DNA from: Lachnospiraceae bacterium GAM79
GTDB taxonomy: Bacteria > Bacillota_I > Bacilli_A > RFN20 > CAG-826
Direction: 5' to 3'
NCBI GenBank assembly: GCA_963619035.1
Contig: CAVEUC010000007.1
Coordinates: forward strand, 3,127 to 67,126
Length of the DNA: 64,000 nt
Position numbers and translations under genes: made by a program. Shown piece after piece: positions 9,321-19,237 of the stretch. The notes beneath the pieces were generated by a model that saw nothing but the letters and a program-made list of their open reading frames with translations, was not told the origin of the DNA and searched no databases. Each line of letters starts with the position of its first letter. The stretch's first letter is position 1.

Positions 9321-10844
9321 TTATTTAGATTCTGTATCCCCGATAATGATTTCATTATTAGCTGCTTGTTGAGCTAATAAAACTTCTTTTTCTGATTGTA
9401 ATTCTTCAGTTTTATGTTTATTTAATCCATACATAAATAACATTACTAAACCTAATATTAAGAATAAACCAGCAGGAATAGCAGTAGCCATATAATACAT
9501 TAAATTAAGTGTTTCTGCAGATTGAACTGCGCCGTTATAAGATTTGTAGTTAGAACCAAGCAAAGCAGCATTAACAGCAATAGCAGCGACTACTTGACCC
9601 ATCTTTCTAAAAAACATGAAGATAGAATATGATGAACCGTCGTTTCTTAAACCCGTTTTAACTTCAACATCATCGATTGCATCGGTTGCTAATGCCCACA
9701 TTTCTAAGTTGATTATTGATAAACCAATTCCGCTAATTAAACAGAAAATTAAGAATAAGAATGGATATTGAACGATTATATCTTTCATAAAGATTAATAC
9801 GAAGTTAGGTATTGCAGCAACAATTCCTCCAATTGCACAAAGTTCTTTTTTACCAAATTTTCTAACTAATTTTCCAGCGAAGAACATCAACACAACCATA
9901 GGACCGTAAGTGCATGCTTGCGAAGCTAAATTAAGCCAGTTTGCTGCAAATAAATCATTAAATAGATATGTGTAGAAAGATTGAGTGAACATTTGACCAG
10001 CTAACAATAATAAACCAGTTAAACAAACAGCTACAAAGCTTCTATTTTTCATTAAGATTTTAATAATTTTTCTTGTTTCACCTTTTTCGTGTTCTCTAGG
10101 AACTGCGATAACTCTTTCTTTATTAGTTTTATAAGCTACAAATAAAAGAACACATGCAATAACTGCTAAAATTGAAACACCGATGATAATATAAGGATAT
10201 TGAATTTGAGTAAGTTGTTTTCCATTTTCTCCAATAACTGGATTTCCGGCTTCATCAAAGATTTTTTTACCATAAATTGAAGTGATGACTAAAACAGGAA
10301 TTGAACCTAATGCAGAACCAGCAGATCTAAATACTGATAATTTATTTCTTTCTTTTGCGTCTGTTGTAACAACACTAGCTAAAGAACCGTATGGAATTTG
10401 ATGCATTGTATAAATCATACCAAATGCAATATAAGTAACTGTTGCGTATATACAAATTCCAACAGTTCCAATCTTTTCAGCAAATCCAGACCAAGGTAAG
10501 AACATCAATATTGTTGAAACAGCTAATGGTATTGCAACCCATTTCATCCAAACTCTGTATCTTCCTTCTTTCTTTGGCCTTTTTAAATCTACGATTCTTC
10601 CCATGATAGGATCGTTTATTGCGTCCCATACACGAGCGACAATAAACATAATCATAATAAATAAAGGACTAATTCCTAAAATATCGGTGTAATATTTTTG
10701 AAGGAGAGTCATAACGCTAGAAAAGCATAAGCATCCAGCAAAATCACCTAAAGCGTAACCGATATAGTCCTTACTTTTTAAACCTGAAGTTTGAGATATG
10801 TAAGATCTTGCGCCTTCAGCAGTGTTTTTATTTTCATTTTCCAT
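9321..10844 (-). CDS. MFS glycoside-pentoside-hexuronide (GPH):cation symporter, YihO-like candidate sulfoquinovose/SQ-glyceride importer
   Basis: 507 aa, about 12 TM. GPH signature ARVWDAINDPIMGRIVD in the first cytoplasmic loop. Confidence 0.75.
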   Translation of the reverse strand: MENENKNTAEGARSYISQTSGLKSKDYIGYALGDFAGCLCFSSVMTLLQKYYTDILGISPLFIMIMFIVARVWDAINDPIMGRIVDLKRPKKEGRYRVWMKWVAIPLAVSTILMFLPWSGFAEKIGTVGICIYATVTYIAFGMIYTMHQIPYGSLASVVTTDAKERNKLSVFRSAGSALGSIPVLVITSIYGKKIFDEAGNPVIGENGKQLTQIQYPYIIIGVSILAVIACVLLFVAYKTNKERVIAVPREHEKGETRKIIKILMKNRSFVAVCLTGLLLLAGQMFTQSFYTYLFNDLFAANWLNLASQACTYGPMVVLMFFAGKLVRKFGKKELCAIGGIVAAIPNFVLIFMKDIIVQYPFLFLIFCLISGIGLSIINLEMWALATDAIDDVEVKTGLRNDGSSYSIFMFFRKMGQVVAAIAVNAALLGSNYKSYNGAVQSAETLNLMYYMATAIPAGLFLILGLVMLFMYGLNKHKTEELQSEKEVLLAQQAANNEIIIGDTESK

Positions 10845-10922
10845 AATGTGTTCTTACAATCTTTTAAATAGATTGCCCCTTTATGTAAAAATATAAACCA
10901 TTTTAAAGTATAATGCTAGTAT

Positions 10923-10943
10923 TTTTTTAAGTGACTTAAAAAA
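10923..10943. promoter_or_regulatory. Candidate operator (perfect palindrome) in the transporter promoter region
   Basis: TTTTTTAAGT-G-ACTTAAAAAA is a perfect 10-1-10 inverted repeat. It lies 79-99 nt upstream of the minus-strand start codon at 10844 and has the same core as 2105-2117. Confidence 0.45.
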
Positions 10944-10992
10944 TTAATTTAAATTTAAGTTTTGTATTATATTTTTAAAAAAATAAACAAAT

Positions 10993-11017
10993 AAAAAGCA
11001 CATATATTAATATGTGC
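10993..11017 (-). terminator. Rho-independent terminator of the ABC/lipoprotein operon
   Basis: On the minus strand: stem GCACATAT, loop TAAT, stem ATATGTGC, then T5. It lies 8 nt after the stop of the 416-aa gene. Confidence 0.75.
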
Positions 11018-11024
11018 ATAATAT

Positions 11025-12275
11025 TTATTTAATTAAATTATTTTTCTTCTTTTTCTTTAATATAAAAATTGTTAAAAATATTATTAAACCAATTAATAAG
11101 ATAGAACCGATAATAGATAAAGAAAGAATAAGTGGTAAGCTTAATTTAGTATTTGTATCTTCTATTAAAACAACATAATTTCCTAATTTATCATTTTTAA
11201 ATTTAATATATCTACCATACCCTTCACAATCTATATTTTCTAGATTATCTTCATTTATATAATAAACTTTAACTTTATTTCTATTATAGTTTGGATTTGT
11301 TTCTATAAAACACTCAATATTATCTAGTAAAGATATCGAATCACCATTAGAATCTATAATGTTTAAATTAGTTATTTCAAATGTTGAAGAAATGTTACTA
11401 ACTAAATTTAAAATTTTATTATATGTTGTTCCAGATTCAATTCTTTGACATTGGATAATATAATCATTAGGTAAAATATTATTAATATCATTAATTTTAA
11501 CCATGTTACTTTCTATAGCATTACTAGTTAAAATAATTGTTTGTTTAGAATATGAATCATTACCTAAATTTGTCTTATATTCGTTTGTAGATGCTTTAAA
11601 ATCTATTGTGTAATCTCCTAATTCATCTACAAATATTTTATTGTCTTCAATTGGAATATTTTTTCCACTAGGAGAGGTTACTAAAGTAGAGACTTCTAGA
11701 TTAGAATCGTTAAAACTAGCTGTAGCTGAAGGTAATTTATAATATGAATTAAGTGTTGTTTCGATATTTCCTACTTCATCAATATTTAATATAGGAACAA
11801 ATCTAGCAGGATATTCTTTATTAATATCAACTTTATTTTCACTTTTAGTTAAATTATCTAAATTAGCTTTAATAGTAAAAGATATATCCATTCCCATTTT
11901 AGCTACAGATCCAGATAACTTTAATTCATTAATTAAATCTTCATATGAAAGAGTTATTGTGTATGTTGTTTTTTGTCCATTAATTTCTTCTTCAATACCG
12001 CTTTTTAAATTGGATGAAGGTAAAGATATATTTAATGATGATAAAGCATCGTTATTTAATAAAGTAATTGATAAAAAATATAATTCATCTTCTTTTACGA
12101 TATTAATTTCATCATCAAAATATTTTGAAATCATTTGATTTCCAATTTGACTAGTTCCACCTATTTCATAATTTGTTGAATAAATATAATAATCTTCAAT
12201 AGTAGTAGAAGTAATATTTTCACTTAATGGATTTAAAGGGAATAATAATAATGTTGTGAGTAATAATAGTTTCAT
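11025..12275 (-). CDS. Surface protein with cleavable signal peptide and C-terminal membrane anchor, unknown function
   Basis: 416 aa. N-terminus MKLLLLTTLLLFPL. C-terminal TM LILSLSIIGSILLIGLIIFLTIFIL followed by KKKKKNN. It starts 3 nt after the upstream gene. No catalytic motif recognised. Confidence 0.7.
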   Translation of the reverse strand: MKLLLLTTLLLFPLNPLSENITSTTIEDYYIYSTNYEIGGTSQIGNQMISKYFDDEINIVKEDELYFLSITLLNNDALSSLNISLPSSNLKSGIEEEINGQKTTYTITLSYEDLINELKLSGSVAKMGMDISFTIKANLDNLTKSENKVDINKEYPARFVPILNIDEVGNIETTLNSYYKLPSATASFNDSNLEVSTLVTSPSGKNIPIEDNKIFVDELGDYTIDFKASTNEYKTNLGNDSYSKQTIILTSNAIESNMVKINDINNILPNDYIIQCQRIESGTTYNKILNLVSNISSTFEITNLNIIDSNGDSISLLDNIECFIETNPNYNRNKVKVYYINEDNLENIDCEGYGRYIKFKNDKLGNYVVLIEDTNTKLSLPLILSLSIIGSILLIGLIIFLTIFILKKKKKNNLIK

Positions 12276-12278
12276 ATA

Positions 12279-15200
12279 TTAATCTCCAAATACAGCAACA
12301 ACTTTAAAATAACTATCTTCTAAATAAGTTTTTGAAACTTTTAATTCATCTAAAGAATTTATTTTAATTAATTGTCCACCTTGATAAATTGCCCAATATT
12401 TAAAATTATCTTTTGATTCTTGTTTTTTAACTAAATTATATTGTGCGCTTGTTAGTTGATCTTTAATCAATTGGTCTTCTAAAACAGAATAGTTAGGTAA
12501 TTGAAGTTCTTTGAAAGAATTTGTTCCATCGTAATTATAACTATAAAATTTAAGTTTAATTGGTTCTTTAATTATCGCTTCAATTGTAACGGATTCATTA
12601 AATTCAAATGACATGTCATTAGTATACGAAGTTTCGTATGAGTATTTTTTTTCATCCCCAATAACATCATAAAATATAGCTTTGTCGCATCTCCAACCAA
12701 CAAAACTATATCCGTTAGGAACATTAAAAACAAAATCACCTAAAGAAAAAGTATATTTACCATTAGATTTAAAATAAGTTTTTGTTTTGATAGTTTGCGT
12801 TACACCATTAATTGTATATTTTGCAGTGACTGTTAAGCCTTTATCCCAAACTGCTACAAGTAAAGGAGTAGTGGTATTTAATTTAGCTCCAATATTGCTT
12901 ACTTTTTGTCCAGGTTTTAAATAATCATTTGTTTGTCCGCTCTTTTTATAATAAGCCCACTTATATAAGTTATCTTCAGAATTTTCAAAATACGTGTTAT
13001 TTAATGCTAAATTTTCTTCACTTTGTTTGATTGTGGTCGTATAAGTTTGATCTCCATTTTCTAAAGTAATTACATTTGGTAAATCGCTTCTAAAAGGATG
13101 ATTTTTATCTGTTTTATAGGTTAAGGTTATCTCTTCATCTAAAGAATGTACAACGATATCTTCTTGTATTGTTATTTTTTTAATTCCATCGTTAAATACT
13201 GATTCTTCATTTTCATTTTCATTAAATCCTAACGTATATGTAATTCTATATTTTCCACTTGTTAAAAAGGTGTAACTTGAGTTGGATTGAGCAATATCTT
13301 TATCGGAAATATTAGTGTAATATCCGTTTGAATATTTTGTAAAACTAGGATAACTTGTTGATAAATTTGTTCCATTATCATCCATAACAATCAGTTCATT
13401 AAAAGTGTAATCGGTATTTGTAAAAAATTCTTTATTATTAGTGATTGAAAAATCTTTATATTGTTTGCCATTAATTTTTAAATTATAAGTTAAGTAAGTA
13501 GTATATATATCTTTATCATGGGAATATTGAAAATAAATTAAAGCATAATTTGAACTACTTAATGCGTTTTCTAATTCTACAATAGTAGTTCCTTCTATAG
13601 TATTTTCTTTTGTGTAACATACAAATTTATCAAGACCTAAATCATATTGATTTTCACCGATTTTTATTTTATATTCTGCATTAATTTCTTCACTTGGAGA
13701 AGTCAATTCTTCAGCTTCTAAGTTATCAACTTTAATTTCTCTTCTAGTTCCATCACTATAATAATATTGATTTCCACTATAAATTTTTTCACCATTTTTT
13801 AATATTTCGTATGTTCCTTTATTTTGACCTTCGTACATAAATATTAAATTCTTAGAATAACCATATCTATCTACTAAACGATATGAAACAACCATTGTAT
13901 CGCTAATCATTTCAAACATTGAACAATTCCAAACTTCATAGTTATAACTTATTTTTTTATAAGTAAATGAATTAAAATCATAAATGCTTATTTTAGAAAA
14001 ATTCATAAAATTAATATTATTTATACTGTTATAGGAATCTAATGAGGTGTAATTATTTCCGTAACTTGTATACTTAATTTCAGGGATGTGAGCTTTATCA
14101 CCTTTATAATATGTTTTAGATGATTTATAAGCTTGAATAGTATCATCATATGTCCAAGTATAATTAAAATCTTCATCATTATATTCATACGAATCATCAA
14201 TATTAATTATAGGATTTTCTTTTTTTATTATACTGATTATCGCATTTATTGTTTTACCATTTATTTCTCCAGATAAATATAATGCGACATTTTGAGTATA
14301 TTTAAATGTATTGTTTTCTGTTATGTTTAAATCGATAGTGGAAGTATAATCAATCTCGTTATTTGATTTAAGTTTATATGCTTTATATTTTAACTTTTCA
14401 TCAAGTAAATCACTATTAATTTTAGTTCTATATAAAGAATAGATATCGATGTATTCGTTTTCATTTGCCTCATATCCTAATTCTATTCTTTTCGTAAATC
14501 TTTGAGCGAAATTAGAAAATGTAGTCCATGAAATATAATCGACATATAATGGTGTTTTTGATACTGTTGGATCGTAACCATAGCATTCGCTTATTACTTC
14601 AAATGTAAAAATATTACCTTTATTTTCTTGAATTGAAGTAGTGGTAATTGGCTTGATTGTAACTTTAGTTGAATATAGTTCTTCAATCTTCTTTCCGTCT
14701 GTAGAACTATAAAAAATATTAACTAAATCATTAGACATTCCATATGTTTTTTCAGCTTCATAAATTGTATTATCTTTTAAAGAATCAAAATCTGTATATA
14801 AATAAAAAGCTTGCGTTTCTTTATACGAATAGCTATTTCCTGATAACGGAATATAATCGATACTAGATAATTTAACCATAGAAGAATAATCGATTACTAA
14901 ACGTTTATATGTTGGACCCATATTAAACATTTCTGTCATCGCTCCTGTTGAAGCTCCTATCAATATTAAATCGACATTAGCTTTATTCCCTAAATCGAAA
15001 GTATAGTAATATTTTCCTGTATTTTTATCAAATTCGTATGTTAAATCTCCAAAATATTGAGCATTGAAGAAATTAGCCCAATCAATATTAGCGAAATTTT
15101 CGTTAACATCTTCGTCGCTTGCTACGATACTATTATCAAATGTAAAATAAGTAAAATCTCTAGCATATCCTGTTCTAACATGGTTGTAATCTTCTTTAGA

Positions 15201-16211
15201 AAGATCTCCAATAATATCAGAATTGTATGTATTCATAGGTTTAATTAATTTATAATTACCATTTTTAGCATATAAATAAGAGTAGACTGGATTAAAACTA
15301 TCAAGCATTGATGCATCTTTATTTAAGTTAGCATAATGTGTTTTAACCAAGTAATATCCATCGTCTAATCTATCGTTATTATCAACGTAAGAAGTAGTAT
15401 ATCCAATAAATTTTGTGATATTAAATTCTACTGTATATCCAACTTTTGTATATATTCTATCATCTTCATTTTTTAATTTAGCATTCCAATTATAGAATTC
15501 AACATTTAAGTAGATACTATCAGATACTTTTAAATCTTTAAAATTATAATAAATAGTTTCGATAGTGCCTGTTCTATCGATAATGCTTTCTGTATCTGAA
15601 ATTCTAGAATCGTTATCTGAAACAGCGACAGTAAGCGTTCCTAAATTTCCTTCATCATCGATTGTTGGACAATGATATTTCATATCGTATTGAATACGTA
15701 GAAATAATCCGTTTTCATTTTTTTCGATATATGTCTCGCTTGAATTAATTAAAGAAGGGAATTCTAAATAACCATATGTATCTGCTAATTTACCTTTGAT
15801 TATTGTATCTTCTAATATATGAGCTTCGTACTCTATTTCATAAATTCCATTATTAATAAATTCTTCCTCTTCGAATTTAGCGTATAAAGTGACATTGCTC
15901 ATCTTCATTAAAAGATAATCTTCATCATATTGCTTAATATATGTTTCATCAAAATACCATCCTAAAAAACGATATCCGACTTTAGTAGGAGTAGGTAATT
16001 TAGGAATATTATTTGCAGTATAAATAACATCATTTATTGGTTCATCAAGATTATATGAACTAAACGATATTTTAAATTCTTTATCACCATAATTATTAAT
16101 AATAAGGTCTTTAGGAGTAATATTTGATGATGTACATGAACTTAAAGAAAATATTCCAATAGTTATAGATAAAAATAATAAGCATTTTTTTAATTTAGGT
16201 AGGTTATTCAT
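12279..16211 (-). CDS. Giant surface lipoprotein with Listeria-Bacteroides (Flg_new)-type repeats
   Basis: 1310 aa. Lipoprotein signal with lipobox IFSLSS-C. Repeat signatures GYRFLGWYFDETY...LYAKF near the N-terminus, and GYSFVGWRCD and FKYWAIY...VVAVF near the C-terminus. GGAGGG RBS. Confidence 0.75.
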   Translation of the reverse strand: MNNLPKLKKCLLFLSITIGIFSLSSCTSSNITPKDLIINNYGDKEFKISFSSYNLDEPINDVIYTANNIPKLPTPTKVGYRFLGWYFDETYIKQYDEDYLLMKMSNVTLYAKFEEEEFINNGIYEIEYEAHILEDTIIKGKLADTYGYLEFPSLINSSETYIEKNENGLFLRIQYDMKYHCPTIDDEGNLGTLTVAVSDNDSRISDTESIIDRTGTIETIYYNFKDLKVSDSIYLNVEFYNWNAKLKNEDDRIYTKVGYTVEFNITKFIGYTTSYVDNNDRLDDGYYLVKTHYANLNKDASMLDSFNPVYSYLYAKNGNYKLIKPMNTYNSDIIGDLSKEDYNHVRTGYARDFTYFTFDNSIVASDEDVNENFANIDWANFFNAQYFGDLTYEFDKNTGKYYYTFDLGNKANVDLILIGASTGAMTEMFNMGPTYKRLVIDYSSMVKLSSIDYIPLSGNSYSYKETQAFYLYTDFDSLKDNTIYEAEKTYGMSNDLVNIFYSSTDGKKIEELYSTKVTIKPITTTSIQENKGNIFTFEVISECYGYDPTVSKTPLYVDYISWTTFSNFAQRFTKRIELGYEANENEYIDIYSLYRTKINSDLLDEKLKYKAYKLKSNNEIDYTSTIDLNITENNTFKYTQNVALYLSGEINGKTINAIISIIKKENPIINIDDSYEYNDEDFNYTWTYDDTIQAYKSSKTYYKGDKAHIPEIKYTSYGNNYTSLDSYNSINNINFMNFSKISIYDFNSFTYKKISYNYEVWNCSMFEMISDTMVVSYRLVDRYGYSKNLIFMYEGQNKGTYEILKNGEKIYSGNQYYYSDGTRREIKVDNLEAEELTSPSEEINAEYKIKIGENQYDLGLDKFVCYTKENTIEGTTIVELENALSSSNYALIYFQYSHDKDIYTTYLTYNLKINGKQYKDFSITNNKEFFTNTDYTFNELIVMDDNGTNLSTSYPSFTKYSNGYYTNISDKDIAQSNSSYTFLTSGKYRITYTLGFNENENEESVFNDGIKKITIQEDIVVHSLDEEITLTYKTDKNHPFRSDLPNVITLENGDQTYTTTIKQSEENLALNNTYFENSEDNLYKWAYYKKSGQTNDYLKPGQKVSNIGAKLNTTTPLLVAVWDKGLTVTAKYTINGVTQTIKTKTYFKSNGKYTFSLGDFVFNVPNGYSFVGWRCDKAIFYDVIGDEKKYSYETSYTNDMSFEFNESVTIEAIIKEPIKLKFYSYNYDGTNSFKELQLPNYSVLEDQLIKDQLTSAQYNLVKKQESKDNFKYWAIYQGGQLIKINSLDELKVSKTYLEDSYFKVVAVFGD

Positions 16212-16231
16212 AAACCCTCCTTTCTAATAAT

Positions 16232-19210
16232 TTATAAAGCAGCTGTTTTTAAAGTTTTAATTGAATCGTAATTATCAATCCAATTTTCTTCAAATAAATC
16301 TGGTAAGGCTTCAACAAGAGTTTGAATTGTTGTGACACTTGTTGTTAAGTTTAAACCAGTTGAAGAATATATAATTCCTAGTTTTTTTACTGATGAATTA
16401 GTTATAGCATTTGTATGAATCTTTAAAATAGATAATAGGGCAATATTATAAAAGTTCGATAATTCAATTTTATACATTGCCCCTGTCATTACTTCGTATC
16501 TAACAATATAATTTTCATCAGTGTGATTTTCACCGATATAAATTGATTCAATTTGTGATTGAGAAGCATTAGCGAATGCGTACATTTTGATGTCATATGT
16601 TGTTATATTTGTTTCAGTATTTAATGAAGAGGAAACTTTTTGATTTAACATTACAAATTTAGAAGAAGTATATAATTGATATTTAACAAAATAGAATTCA
16701 CCATCTTTTATATTTTTTACATCTCTATTTCCTTCTTCGCTAACAGGAATAAATTCCTCTAAAGTTTCAATTTTAAATGCGGAATTTCCAACTGTTTTTA
16801 ATGATTCGACGCTAAATGAAACTGAGGTTAAAGCAGTATCTTCAAATGCGCTTTCACCTATTGATTCAAGTTTTGCATCATTAAAATCAATAGTTGTTAA
16901 ACTAGCATTTTCTTTAAATGCATTATCACCTATTGTCTTTATATTTTTACCCATTTGAATAATTTTAATTAAACCATTTTCTAAGAATGCATCATTATTA
17001 ATTGAAGTTACTTTATTTCCTTCAATAGTATCTGGAATTATTATTGCACATGTTCCGTCGCTTAAATAAATAGCACTATCAGGATCAAATCCAGTTATTT
17101 TAACTTCTCCATTTTCAGTAGTATAAGTTACACCAGCTGATTCGAGGTTATATTCGAATTGAATATCTAAATAAAGATTGGTTTTTATTGAACTTGTAAT
17201 ATCGTAATCTTTAGACATATTTAAAGTTTTAGAAATTTTAATTGTTCCATTTGATACTAAGTTTTTGTAAGTTGTATTTTCTTGAGCATCTAATGTGGTT
17301 AAAATTTCATCATATGTAATAGCGTTTTGGTTTTCTCTATTAATTGAAATACTATATGTTTCACCTGTTAAATTGTTAATAAAATTAACTTTTACTAAAG
17401 GCGTATTTGTCTCTATTAAATTAACGGCTTTGACATCTTTATAAATTACGTCATCACTAGTAACAAAGTTTCCATAATAATATGCCCATTCTGATTCGTT
17501 TCCACCAAATGCTTTATAGACGCTTTCATCAACTTCACTATTAAAAACAAGGTATTCCATACTATCTAAATTAGACACAATTAAACGAGCATTATATGCT
17601 AATATGTCATCGCTTAAAGTTGAGTCGTATAAATAACATTCTATATTAGCGTAGGTAGATTCGTTCCATGCATAGCAATCTAAATAATCTGATAAATTTA
17701 AATTGTAATTAACAAATTTAAATGATTTAGGTAGTACTAATCTTTTTAAATCGGTTCTATTTACGAATGTTCCAACTTGAATTCCTTCAATTCCTTCAGG
17801 AACTGTGATTATACCATTTTCATCGATATTATCGTATGAAATTAATACTTTTCCTTTTTCTGTTGTTTGAGTAATCATATTTCCTTCATTTTTAAAAGAT
17901 GAATTGGAAGAGAATTTTAAATTCTGAGGGACAATAGATAAGCTTTTTACTGAATCTGGAACGTCGATATCAAAATCGTACTCACTTCCTGTATAGAATG
18001 TTTGTGCTTCGTTATTATAATTGACAACTCCACCTTTAAAGAATGATGCATAAATTGCATCAACTCCGTTAGGAATCTTAACACTATCTTTTGTAATGTT
18101 TAAATTATTAAAACAGTTTTGAATAATTTTTAATGTTGATGGAAGTTCAAAAGAAGTAACTCCTGATGTGCCGCTTGTTGATGAAAAACCACGAATGTAT
18201 TTAATACCTTCTTGAACAATTACTTTTTTAAGGTTCGTTGAATTAAATGTTTTATTATCAAATATATAAACAGCATTAACTTCTCTAAGTTCTTTTTCAC
18301 CTGACTTATTAACTATAGTTACTTTATGAGGGAATGAAATTACAGGTACATTATCTAGTTTTGTTTTATTGTAATCACTTCCATTGTATGTTCCGTAAGT
18401 TGATAAGCAGACAAGTTTGGTGTTTCCGCTAGTATTTTTTAATTCTGAATATTTTAAAAATGGTGATTTCCATAAAACTTTAATAGTGGTGTTTTTTGTG
18501 ATTGCTTTAGAGAAATCGATTTCATTTCCTTCTTCATCCACATAATATATATCTTCATTAGACATATATGATTTTACGATATTGTTTTCTTCAACAGTTT
18601 TAGTTACTCCTTCAACTTCAATAGTATCTAATGAAGGATTTTTAAGTGCTGTATTTGGTTTAACTTTTGTAGTGTATACATCTTCATAACCATTATTAAA
18701 AGTAATAGTAGCTACGCTTTGAGCATATAATGTTTTAGCTGGATCACCTTCATTATATTTAACTTTACATTCGCTATCTGTATACCATCCATCAAAAGTT
18801 AAATCTTTTCCTGGATTATATGTTCCATTAACTACATCGATTAAATCTCTAGTACCTTGGGATTCTCCATTGATATAAATATTAACTTCATCAGCTACAA
18901 AATAAGCATAGACTGTTGCGCCTTCATTTAAATCTTCGTTTTTAAATTCTTTTACCCAATTAGTATCGTAAAACCATCCTCTAAATGTGTAATATTTTTT
19001 AGTTGGATTTGTAGGAAGAGTAACTTTTCCATCGACAATAGTTGCTTCTTCTACATAATTTTTCCATTCTCCGTTTTCGTCTTGAATTTTAAAAGTTATG
19101 GTCTTTGTTACAGTTTGACCTTGATTACCAGTGTTACAAGAAGTTATTGTTCCTGATAACAATAAACTTGCAGATAATAATGTTAATCCTAAAATTTTTC
19201 TTTTTTTCAT
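16232..19210 (-). CDS. Surface lipoprotein with Flg_new-type repeats and BspA-type leucine-rich repeats
   Basis: 992 aa. Lipobox GTITS-C. Flg_new-type repeats YTFRGWFYDTNW...VYAYF and TFDGWYTDSECK...LYAQS. LRR units IGDNAFKENASLTTIDF, IGESAFEDTALTSVSF and VGNSAFK. Confidence 0.75.
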   Translation of the reverse strand: MKKRKILGLTLLSASLLLSGTITSCNTGNQGQTVTKTITFKIQDENGEWKNYVEEATIVDGKVTLPTNPTKKYYTFRGWFYDTNWVKEFKNEDLNEGATVYAYFVADEVNIYINGESQGTRDLIDVVNGTYNPGKDLTFDGWYTDSECKVKYNEGDPAKTLYAQSVATITFNNGYEDVYTTKVKPNTALKNPSLDTIEVEGVTKTVEENNIVKSYMSNEDIYYVDEEGNEIDFSKAITKNTTIKVLWKSPFLKYSELKNTSGNTKLVCLSTYGTYNGSDYNKTKLDNVPVISFPHKVTIVNKSGEKELREVNAVYIFDNKTFNSTNLKKVIVQEGIKYIRGFSSTSGTSGVTSFELPSTLKIIQNCFNNLNITKDSVKIPNGVDAIYASFFKGGVVNYNNEAQTFYTGSEYDFDIDVPDSVKSLSIVPQNLKFSSNSSFKNEGNMITQTTEKGKVLISYDNIDENGIITVPEGIEGIQVGTFVNRTDLKRLVLPKSFKFVNYNLNLSDYLDCYAWNESTYANIECYLYDSTLSDDILAYNARLIVSNLDSMEYLVFNSEVDESVYKAFGGNESEWAYYYGNFVTSDDVIYKDVKAVNLIETNTPLVKVNFINNLTGETYSISINRENQNAITYDEILTTLDAQENTTYKNLVSNGTIKISKTLNMSKDYDITSSIKTNLYLDIQFEYNLESAGVTYTTENGEVKITGFDPDSAIYLSDGTCAIIIPDTIEGNKVTSINNDAFLENGLIKIIQMGKNIKTIGDNAFKENASLTTIDFNDAKLESIGESAFEDTALTSVSFSVESLKTVGNSAFKIETLEEFIPVSEEGNRDVKNIKDGEFYFVKYQLYTSSKFVMLNQKVSSSLNTETNITTYDIKMYAFANASQSQIESIYIGENHTDENYIVRYEVMTGAMYKIELSNFYNIALLSILKIHTNAITNSSVKKLGIIYSSTGLNLTTSVTTIQTLVEALPDLFEENWIDNYDSIKTLKTAAL

Positions 19211-19237
19211 ATGTATTTTCTCCTTTAATTAATAATT

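Noticed and set aside
16185-16191. A7/T7 homopolymers at the 5' ends of both giant lipoprotein genes (16185-16191 and 19201-19207), considered as possible slipped-strand phase-variation switches like those in Mycoplasma surface genes.
   Set aside because: The runs simply encode the Lys-rich n-region of signal peptides (KK) in an AT-rich genome. They are only 7 nt long, and similar runs occur throughout housekeeping genes. There is no evidence of a frameshifted copy. Population data would be needed.
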